Of a stretch of 33,416 nt of DNA, positions 10,248 to 19,360 are shown piece by piece. Below the pieces are notes generated by a model. It was not told where the DNA came from and ran no database searches. It saw only the letters and a program-made list of their open reading frames with translations. Source of the stretch: Candidatus Stercoripulliclostridium sp. (GTDB lineage Bacteria; Bacillota; Clostridia; Christensenellales; DTU072); contig JAZNYA010000174.1 of NCBI GenBank assembly GCA_045594145.1, positions 1-33,416 on the forward strand, written 5' to 3'. Numbering within the stretch: the stretch's first letter is position 1; each line of letters starts with the position of its first letter. The translations under genes were made by a program, and so were the position numbers.

Positions 10248-10276
10248 ATTATATAAGAAAACCCCTATTGTGTCAA
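10248..10276 (-). promoter_or_regulatory. Consensus sigma-A promoter of the AKR-ara operon
   Basis: Minus strand TTGACA (10276-10271), 17 bp spacer, TATAAT (10253-10248). Confidence 0.8.
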
Positions 10277-10285
10277 TAGGGGTTT
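10259..10285 (-). terminator. Intrinsic terminator after 10304..11236, overlapping the ara promoter
   Basis: AAACCCCTATTG-TGT-CAATAGGGGTTT inverted repeat, ending in TTTTCTT on the minus strand. Confidence 0.7.
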
Positions 10286-10303
10286 GGGTTGAGCTTTTTA
10301 TTT

Positions 10304-11236
10304 TTAACGCTTCTTCTTTTCTTCTTTTCTCTTATCGTTGATAATCTTCATTTCCACTTCCGTAATGAGTTCGCAGTTGTTTTCACGGGCCCAATCAACG
10401 CAACCTTGAAGAACCAACTTTAAGAAAACACGTGGAACTTTAACGAGAGTTTTGCATGCTTCTTCGCTAAACTTAATTTTGTCATCCATGCGATTTGCTG
10501 CGTACATTACGCCACCCAAATCCGCTTCACGTGCTGCAGGAATTTTTTCCGGAATAGGACGCTTGAAGCGAGTATACCAAAAGTTTGTGGAATCTCTATA
10601 GCCATAATCTACGGGAACAGGCGGGAATTCGCTTGCTTTTACGCCGTTTATGATGGAATTATACCATCTTTCCTTCATCAAAATCTTGTCGATTTTTAGT
10701 ATAAAGTGGCATCCAAACTTAGAAGTAATGCCGTTAAAGTTTCTATACGGGGGCTCTACGCCTTCCAACTGACCAATTCTTGCTTTATCTTCGAAAGCAT
10801 CTTCCAAAGTATCGTCCCACGTGCATTCAAAAACTTGGAAAGCTTCTTTAACTACTTGCGGACGAGCACCGGATTCGGTAGAAGCCAAGCCGTCTTCAAG
10901 CGTAAACGTGCATTTTTCCATCTTTTCTTTGCTGGTTTCGCCGGGGAATCCAAGCCTTACGGTTTCTTTGAAGTAAGAACGCTTATCCGTTATAAAGTTG
11001 ATGGCACATTTGCCGGTACGCAAAATATTTTGTGCGGTATTGGAGCTGTTACGGCACTCGAGTATCATTGCATAATAATCTTTGCCTGCAATGTAATATG
11101 GGAAAACCAAGGAATATGCACCAAGGGAAGTGCTTCCGTCTTCTGCTAGCGTACTCATAAGTACCGTGGGCATGGGATAAAAAGCTGACGTTTGATAAAA
11201 ATTATCAACGATTCTTAAATCTTTAAAACTGCTCAT
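10304..11236 (-). CDS. Flavin-reductase-like (FMN-binding split barrel) protein with C-terminal PCP_red-like helical domain
   Basis: FYPMPTVLMST...SNTAQNILRTGKCAINF...VVKEAFQVFEC resembles the flavin reductase/flavoredoxin fold; C-terminus FSEEACKTLVKVPRVFLKLVLQGCVDWARENNCELIT. Confidence 0.6.
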   Translation of the reverse strand: MSSFKDLRIVDNFYQTSAFYPMPTVLMSTLAEDGSTSLGAYSLVFPYYIAGKDYYAMILECRNSSNTAQNILRTGKCAINFITDKRSYFKETVRLGFPGETSKEKMEKCTFTLEDGLASTESGARPQVVKEAFQVFECTWDDTLEDAFEDKARIGQLEGVEPPYRNFNGITSKFGCHFILKIDKILMKERWYNSIINGVKASEFPPVPVDYGYRDSTNFWYTRFKRPIPEKIPAAREADLGGVMYAANRMDDKIKFSEEACKTLVKVPRVFLKLVLQGCVDWARENNCELITEVEMKIINDKRKEEKKKR

Positions 11237-11265
11237 ATTTTTCTCCTTTTTGATTCTTTTTATAA

Positions 11266-11291
11266 AAAAATCGCCATTGCTAGCGATTTTT
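11266..11291 (-). terminator. Hairpin/terminator overlapping the CMP kinase stop codon
   Basis: AAAAATCGC-N8-GCGATTTTT with a T-run on the minus strand. Confidence 0.5.
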
Positions 11292-12137
11292 AATGAATTC
11301 GGGCATAAATCCGTACGTTATTGCGTTTTCTTTTTCCCAAGCTCTAACCATTTCCATATCGGTTGGTATTAGTTCTTTTATGGGAGTGCCATCTATAACG
11401 TCGTTATCTTCGCCTACTAATTCTGCTTCCACAACCCTACTGCCGTCTTTGATGGCTTCTTTAACCAAGTCGTGTCCGCCTACTACGTATATGCTTTCAT
11501 CATACTTGACAACTTTTACGTTTTCTCCGCCAAGTTCTACTCCGGTGGGATATACGTTAGTGGGGGCAAGGAACATGGACTTCTTTCCCGTTGCAAAATA
11601 CTCTTCCGCTTTCTTCAAAATTATCTTGACTTCTTCTCGTATACTCGTTAAAGACGTATCCAAAATCAAGTCATAATTGGAATATTGGAGCATTTTTGCA
11701 TTATAAATGGCTTCGTATCTTTCACCTTCTACCTTACGGCGAGCGATGAGTCCACGCATTGCGTCTTCCTTGGATGCGTAACATTCCGCTTTATCTACAC
11801 GATTGCAAAATACTCTGGTTGCAGCAATATCGGGAGAAACCAAAAGGTGTACTTTAAAGGTGTCTTTTACGAAGTGCCATGCCATACGAGAATCAAAAAC
11901 GACTTTATTGCCACGTTCTTTTTCTGCGTATTCTACGAGTTTGCCGTCAATAATCGTGTCATACTTGCGGTCGGTGTTGCAAAGTTGGTTTAACTCTAGC
12001 GTGCTAATGCCTAATTCTGCAGCGTATGCACGTTGAATTTTTCCGGTGTGGAAAACGTCAAAACCATGCTCTTCTTTCAAGATTTTACAAATCTCACTCT
12101 TGCCACTTCCTAGTTGTCCGTTGATGGTTATAAACAT
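11280..12137 (-). CDS. cmk: Cytidylate kinase (type 2 / archaeal-like) with ~100-aa C-terminal extension
   Basis: P-loop ITINGQLGSGKS, VVFDSRMAWHF, ERYEAIY, YDLILDTS typical of type-2 CMP kinases. Confidence 0.75.
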   Translation of the reverse strand: MFITINGQLGSGKSEICKILKEEHGFDVFHTGKIQRAYAAELGISTLELNQLCNTDRKYDTIIDGKLVEYAEKERGNKVVFDSRMAWHFVKDTFKVHLLVSPDIAATRVFCNRVDKAECYASKEDAMRGLIARRKVEGERYEAIYNAKMLQYSNYDLILDTSLTSIREEVKIILKKAEEYFATGKKSMFLAPTNVYPTGVELGGENVKVVKYDESIYVVGGHDLVKEAIKDGSRVVEAELVGEDNDVIDGTPIKELIPTDMEMVRAWEKENAITYGFMPEFIKNR

Positions 12138-12152
12138 ATCCTTCCTTTATAG

Positions 12153-12182
12153 AAATTTGTGTGCCGGCCGGCACACAAATTT
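12153..12182. repeat. Perfect 30-bp palindrome downstream of gyrA (probable terminator or stabilising hairpin)
   Basis: AAATTTGTGTGCCGG|CCGGCACACAAATTT with no spacer. Confidence 0.85.
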
Positions 12183-12194
12183 TCTAATCATAAA

Positions 12195-14774
12195 TTATTC
12201 GTTATCGGTGTTTTCGGTTGCAGGTGCGGTCTTCTCGGTTTCTACTGCAGGAGCAGTTTCTTCGCCTTCTTCGCTTCCTTCTCCAACAAGTTTGGTTTCA
12301 TCAAGGTCTTCATGGGGGATGATTGCACAAGAAACTATCTTGCCTTCTCCCTTAATTCTCATAACTCTTACGCCCTTGGTTGCACGGCCTATCTTGGAGA
12401 TTTCATCAACTCTAATTCTAATCATAACACCCGTATCTGCAATGATAATCATATCGTTTTCTTCTTCGGGGTTGATTATCTTCATGTTAACAACGTTACC
12501 GGTATTTTCATCAAAGTTACCAGCCTTGATACCCTTACCCGCTCTGCCTTGCAAACGATATTCTTCAAGAGCGGTTCTCTTACCGAAGCCTTTTTCCGTG
12601 ATGGTAACGACTTCTGCGTTTGCGTCACGAACAACTTCCATATCAACTACTACTTCGCCTTCGTCTAGGGCAATACTCTTAACACCCATTGAACCACGTC
12701 CGGTCTTTCTTACGTCTTCTTCGCTGAAGCGGATACACTTACCGGAAGTGCAAGCCATAAGAATTTCGTTTTCGCCGGTGGTGATGTCTGCACTAAGCAT
12801 TTCGTCTCCGTCGGTTAGCGTGATAGCAATCTTACCGTTAACACGGATTTTTTCAAACTCGGAAAGTGAGCATTTCTTAATTAGACCTTGCTTGGTTGCC
12901 ATTACTACGTATCCTTCCGAATAATCGTGTACGGGTAGGTATGCAGTAATCTTTTCATCCGCAGAAAGTGGCAATAGGTTAACCATAGCACGTCCTTTGG
13001 TAGCCCTTTGTGCTTCTGGCACTTCATATGCCTTTAAGCAATATACTCTTCCCGTATTGCTGAAGAATAGCAAATCATCATGGGAGTGGGTTACGAACAT
13101 CTTGGTTACGAAGTCTTCTTCCTTGGCCTTATGAGCAGTGATGCCTACGCCACCACGATTTTGTGCTTTGTATTCCTTAACGCCAAGACGCTTGATGTAA
13201 CCCATATGAGTGGTGGTGATAACAACGTCTTCTTTAGGAATAAGGTCGCCGATGTTGATTTCGCCAAGGTCGTAGCTTAGTTCACTTCTTCTCGGGTCGC
13301 CGTACTTATCCTTGATTTCGGTTAGTTCTTCTTTAATGATTTCTCTTACTCTTTCGGGACGAGCAAGGATGTCGGTATAGTCTGCAATAGCAAGTTCAAT
13401 TTCTGCTAATTCTTCGTTAATCTTTTCTACTTCAAGAGCATTCAAACGAGCAAGTTTCATATCTAGAATTGCGTTTGCTTGCTTTTCGGAAAGTAGGAAG
13501 TTTTCCATTAGCTTGGTTCTTGCTTCGGGAGTATCCTTGGACTTACGGATGATGTTAATAACTTCATCGATATTAGCAAGAGCAATTACCAAACCACGCA
13601 ATAGGTGTGCACGTTCGTTTGCCTTGTTCAAAAGATATCTCGTTCTTCTTACGATAACGTCGTTTTGGTGCTTTACGTATGCTTCCAAGATTTCCTTTAG
13701 GTTCATAATCTTAGGAGTGCCGTCATCAAGAGCAAGGAAGGTGATACCGGTGGAAACTTGAAGTTGAGTTTGCTTATACAGGGAGTTAAGAACTACTTGG
13801 GGACTTGCATCTCTCTTTAGAACTATAACGATTCTCATGCCGAAACGGTCGGATTCGTCTCTTACGTCGCTTATTCCTTCCAGTTTCTTATCTTTAACTT
13901 GGTCTGCGATGCTCTTAATTAGCAAACTCTTGTTAACTTGATAGGGAATTTCCGTTACGATAATGCAGTTTTTACCGCCTATTTCTTCTATGTCGCAACG
14001 TGAACGCATGACGACACCGCCCTTACCCGTTCTATATGCTTGCTTAACTGCAGCTCTACCAAGGATGAGTGCTCCGGTAGGATAGTCGGGAGCAGGAATA
14101 TACTCGATGAGTTCATCGATAGTGATATCGGGATTATCCAATAGAGCAACGGTACCATCGATAACTTCGCCCAAGTTGTGCGGGGGGATGGAAGTTGCCA
14201 TACCTACTGCTATACCTTCTGCACCGTTAACAAGAAGGTTGGGGAATCTTGCGGGAAGAACGGTGGGTTGCATTAGGGTATCGTCGAAGTTGGGGTAGAA
14301 ATCTACGGTGTCCTTTTCTAGGTCACGTAGAATTTCGCCGGCTATCTTGGAAAGTCTTGCTTCGGTATACCTTTGTGCTGCAGCGGGGTGGCCGTCAACA
14401 GAACCGAAGTTACCTTGTCCGTCTACCAAAGGATTGCGGATGGAGAAATCTTGAGCAAGTCTTACGAGAGCATCGTATACGGATGAGTCGCCGTGGGGGT
14501 GATATTTACCAAGAACTTCACCAACGATACGAGCACATTTCTTGTGGGGTTTATCATAAGTGTTGCCTAGGTCGTTCATTGCGAATAGAATTCTTCTATG
14601 AACGGGCTTCAAACCATCTCTTACGTCGGGTATAGCACGGCTTACGTTAACTGCCATTGCGTAAGCGATGAACGATTTGCTCATTTCATCGACAAGGGGA
14701 GTTTGTATTATCTTGGTTTTACCAAGTATCTCTTTAATCTTATCTAAATCTAATCTTGACTTATTGTTTGCCAT
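12195..14774 (-). CDS. gyrA: DNA gyrase subunit A
   Basis: RDGLKPVHRR, GKYHPHGDS, AAAQRYTEARL (catalytic Tyr), GyrA-box QNRGGVG, beta-pinwheel repeats, acidic tail. Confidence 0.98.
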   Translation of the reverse strand: MANNKSRLDLDKIKEILGKTKIIQTPLVDEMSKSFIAYAMAVNVSRAIPDVRDGLKPVHRRILFAMNDLGNTYDKPHKKCARIVGEVLGKYHPHGDSSVYDALVRLAQDFSIRNPLVDGQGNFGSVDGHPAAAQRYTEARLSKIAGEILRDLEKDTVDFYPNFDDTLMQPTVLPARFPNLLVNGAEGIAVGMATSIPPHNLGEVIDGTVALLDNPDITIDELIEYIPAPDYPTGALILGRAAVKQAYRTGKGGVVMRSRCDIEEIGGKNCIIVTEIPYQVNKSLLIKSIADQVKDKKLEGISDVRDESDRFGMRIVIVLKRDASPQVVLNSLYKQTQLQVSTGITFLALDDGTPKIMNLKEILEAYVKHQNDVIVRRTRYLLNKANERAHLLRGLVIALANIDEVINIIRKSKDTPEARTKLMENFLLSEKQANAILDMKLARLNALEVEKINEELAEIELAIADYTDILARPERVREIIKEELTEIKDKYGDPRRSELSYDLGEINIGDLIPKEDVVITTTHMGYIKRLGVKEYKAQNRGGVGITAHKAKEEDFVTKMFVTHSHDDLLFFSNTGRVYCLKAYEVPEAQRATKGRAMVNLLPLSADEKITAYLPVHDYSEGYVVMATKQGLIKKCSLSEFEKIRVNGKIAITLTDGDEMLSADITTGENEILMACTSGKCIRFSEEDVRKTGRGSMGVKSIALDEGEVVVDMEVVRDANAEVVTITEKGFGKRTALEEYRLQGRAGKGIKAGNFDENTGNVVNMKIINPEEENDMIIIADTGVMIRIRVDEISKIGRATKGVRVMRIKGEGKIVSCAIIPHEDLDETKLVGEGSEEGEETAPAVETEKTAPATENTDNE

Positions 14775-14775
14775 A

Positions 14776-16721
<1,946 letters not shown>

Positions 16722-16820
16722 CAAAATATAATATATGTATAGTAAATATTAGTAAATAGTATATACTTTTTTGCACGCGCGCACACTGCGTGTCACGCAC
16801 GCGAGAAGTTTATGAACAAT

Positions 16821-16842
16821 AAAAAAGAGCGTCTTCACGCTC
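16821..16842 (-). terminator. Intrinsic terminator after the acyltransferase gene
   Basis: GAGCGT-CTTC-ACGCTC hairpin followed by T6 on the minus strand. Confidence 0.75.
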
Positions 16843-16857
16843 GTGTTTTGTTTGGCT

Positions 16858-18162
16858 TTACTTTTTCTCTCGTAAGTTAGACGTAATTTCTACCGCAACA
16901 CCTTGCTGAACCAAGGTCGTAAAAAACTCTCTCTCGAATTCCGTGTTTACGATATTCCTTGTAAAAGTTATGCTCGTGGTTCCATTATAAGTCGCAACGC
17001 CTATGTTTACGGGCACTTTTTGGGATGGATTTACGTTAAAAGAAAATCTCTTTACGTATTCTTCCATGCCTTTTGGCAAATTAATGACGCCTACGTTTGA
17101 AATTATTAACGTTTGCTTTGTCTTTTTCGTTCCAAGCTTGCCTATCTTTGTTCCTAATTCCTTTAGGAAAAGCGGAGTATATTTCAAAATTTTATTAGTT
17201 GCAAAGAGAGCAGAAACGGAAATCTTTTCGGCAAGCTCTTCTTTACTGGAAGTTCCTTCCTTTATATCACGAGAACATATCTTAACGTACTCGTCTAGGT
17301 CTAGTGGCGTTGCTCCGGTGTTGACGTAACACTTGGTAAGAGTGGTGAAGTTTCTTACCGTTTCGGACGGGAATATCTTCCTTAAGTTTATGGGTATCAT
17401 TGCGACTAAATCCACGTTTTCGGAATCCTTAACATAGACTTTGGATATCGAATATAGGGCAAGTCCTGCAATAAGTGCCGTTATTGAACAACCTTTTTCT
17501 TTGGCAAGTTTTTTAAGCTCTTCCGTGTTTACGTTGCCTTGTATTACTCCGTAACCCAAGCTCTTAAAGTGCTTCGCTTTTATGCCGAAACAATTCTTAC
17601 CCGCCATCTTGCCAACAACGTCGCCAAACGGATTAAAACCCTTGTAATATTTGGAAATGCTATCTTCCAACTCGCTCTCCGGCACCGGTTCCCCTACGAT
17701 TTTTACGTCTTCGGGCGGTGGGAGCGTTTCCCCACATTCATCGAGATAACGATATACCAACGCACGCAAAAACTCTACGCCACCCGTACCATCGCAAAGG
17801 CCGTGGAAAAAGTCTACGGATATTCTCTTTTTGTAATATTGAACACGGAAAAGAAAACGTTTGTTTTTTTGTAAATCAATGTTACGCATACAAATGCCGT
17901 CGTCCAAGAAAGCTTTTGGCTCTTTGTCGTTATACTCGAAGTAATAACGGAAAAAACCCCTTCTTAACATTACCGCAAAGGTAGGAAATCTCGGCATTAT
18001 ATCTCTTAGTGCCGTCGTCAAGTTTTCTCCGTCGACAAAAGATTTCATTTCCACGGAGAATCTAAATATTGACATGGTAGTTTGCGTTTCACTCATCGGA
18101 TATATATCCGAAGAATAGTCTAACTTATACCATTTTGGACTTGGCACAAAAGGATAACTCAT
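16858..18162 (-). CDS. CoA-dependent acyltransferase (alcohol acetyltransferase / condensation-domain-like)
   Basis: HxxxDG motif FFHGLCDGTGG; WYKLD, LRRGFFRYY, IPINLRKIFPSETVRNF, ISNVG. Confidence 0.75.
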   Translation of the reverse strand: MSYPFVPSPKWYKLDYSSDIYPMSETQTTMSIFRFSVEMKSFVDGENLTTALRDIMPRFPTFAVMLRRGFFRYYFEYNDKEPKAFLDDGICMRNIDLQKNKRFLFRVQYYKKRISVDFFHGLCDGTGGVEFLRALVYRYLDECGETLPPPEDVKIVGEPVPESELEDSISKYYKGFNPFGDVVGKMAGKNCFGIKAKHFKSLGYGVIQGNVNTEELKKLAKEKGCSITALIAGLALYSISKVYVKDSENVDLVAMIPINLRKIFPSETVRNFTTLTKCYVNTGATPLDLDEYVKICSRDIKEGTSSKEELAEKISVSALFATNKILKYTPLFLKELGTKIGKLGTKKTKQTLIISNVGVINLPKGMEEYVKRFSFNVNPSQKVPVNIGVATYNGTTSITFTRNIVNTEFEREFFTTLVQQGVAVEITSNLREKK

Positions 18163-18168
18163 ATGAAT

Positions 18169-18197
18169 ATTATAATAAACTTTCGCATATTAGTCAA
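18169..18197 (-). promoter_or_regulatory. Sigma-A promoter placing +1 at the ATG of the acyltransferase (leaderless)
   Basis: TTGACT (18197-18192), 17 bp, TATAAT (18174-18169), 6 nt, ATG at 18162. Confidence 0.7.
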
Positions 18198-18222
18198 TGA
18201 GAAGAATTATAAAGGAGCCTTG

Positions 18223-18474
18223 ATGCAAAATTTACACGAATTAAATTACAACGCTGGCGGAATATCCGTTTTGGGAGTAAAGGAAGTAATAGAATTTAGC
18301 GACAAAGAAATTCATCTTTCGTTGCACGAAAGCGGTTTAAAGATTTTCGGCAGAGACTTAAAAATAACCGAAGTCGACTTGGAAAAGGGTATTCTTAAAG
18401 CAACCGGCACTTTACTTTCGCTCTCTTACGGCGGTGGCTCGAAAGAAGGCCTATTAAAGAAGCTTTTTAAGTGA
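18223..18474 (+). CDS. yabP: YabP/YqfC-family sporulation protein
   Basis: ISVLGVKEVIEFSDKEIHL...LKIFGRDLKITEVDLEKG...LSY...GLLKKLFK pattern; SD AAGGAG precedes TTG/ATG at 18220/18223. Confidence 0.75.
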   Translation: MQNLHELNYNAGGISVLGVKEVIEFSDKEIHLSLHESGLKIFGRDLKITEVDLEKGILKATGTLLSLSYGGGSKEGLLKKLFK

Positions 18475-18848
18475 TTAGGGAAGTTATCCCGGGAGCAGTT
18501 GCTCTCGTCGTATTTTCGCTTGCAGGAGCTTTATATGCCCTAGCTTCGTTGTTCCTTTCAAGCTATAGCACTAAAGGTTTTCTGCGTAGCCTATCGTTCT
18601 TTTTTCTAGGTCTTCTCGGGGGCTTGTTTTTTATTGCAGTAAGCGAAATTTTTTATGCTAGCGTCGTAACTCCTTATACGGCTTTTTCCTTTGCCGTTGG
18701 TTTTGTTTTTGCTCTTGTGCTACAAGACGAACCCGCTAATAAAAAACACACTAAACTACTTCGTAAAAAGGTTTCTTTAAATCACCCTAGAGCTCGACTT
18801 AAACGTAAAAATAAAACCCCGAAGAACAAGGCTGTCACTTCGGGGTAA
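18471..18848 (+). CDS. Small membrane protein, putative divergent YabQ-like spore cortex protein
   Basis: Three hydrophobic segments and a basic tail; GTGA overlap with yabP. Assignment is mainly positional. Confidence 0.5.
   Translation: MIREVIPGAVALVVFSLAGALYALASLFLSSYSTKGFLRSLSFFFLGLLGGLFFIAVSEIFYASVVTPYTAFSFAVGFVFALVLQDEPANKKHTKLLRKKVSLNHPRARLKRKNKTPKNKAVTSG
18816..18846. terminator. Terminator between convergent yabQ-like and dut genes
   Basis: ACCCCGAAG...CTTCGGGGT inverted repeat with a T-run on the minus strand. Confidence 0.65.
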
Positions 18849-18865
18849 ATTAAATTTGGGCTACT

Positions 18866-19360
18866 TTACTTTTTATTGGTGCTACCGAAACCACCGTTTC
18901 GCTCTTCGCTAGCATCATCATCAAACGTAATGCCGTACTCTACGAAAATTCCTTGTGCGAAGGCTTCGCCTGCCTTTACTGAAAGAGATTTTCCTTCGTT
19001 AGAAGCATTGGTCATTTTAATTTGTATATGACCTTCGTTGTCGCTAAAATAATAGTCTTGGTCTATTATTCCTACCGTGTTGTTTAGTCCTAGGCGATAC
19101 TTGAATCCGAGCCCGCTTCTAGGATAAATTTTTAGCACCCATCCTTCTTCCATATATGCTCTTATTCCCGTTGCGATTTTAATGGTTTCGCCGGGATTAA
19201 GCGTAAAATCTATGGGTGAATAGAAGTCGTAACCGGCACTTCCTTTAGTTGCCCTTTTCGGTAACGTAACGGTAGCATACTCCGTAGCGGTTGCTACGCC
19301 GTTCGAGTCCATAAGAAAGCGGTCTAGCGACACCTTTTCAAAACGTGCTATTCTTTTCAT
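18866..19360 (-). CDS. dut: Trimeric dUTPase
   Basis: SAGYDF, PRSGLG, GIIDQDY, AQGIF, RNGGFGST motifs. Confidence 0.93.
   Translation of the reverse strand: MKRIARFEKVSLDRFLMDSNGVATATEYATVTLPKRATKGSAGYDFYSPIDFTLNPGETIKIATGIRAYMEEGWVLKIYPRSGLGFKYRLGLNNTVGIIDQDYYFSDNEGHIQIKMTNASNEGKSLSVKAGEAFAQGIFVEYGITFDDDASEERNGGFGSTNKK

Noticed and set aside
124-10271. Possible integrated island at tRNA-Val: CCTATTGT occurs in the tRNA 3' end (124-131) and at the far end of the ara operon (10264-10271)
   Set aside because: Only 8 bp, no integrase, and no obvious compositional shift; likely chance.
10424-10440. parS-like AAAACACGTGGAAC inside a CDS
   Set aside because: Only one half-site matches.
12046-12924. 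292-aa + strand ORF and other long antisense ORFs (e.g. 4393..5010, 26267..26848)
   Set aside because: Shadows of well-conserved minus-strand genes, Ser/Ile-rich with no recognisable motifs.
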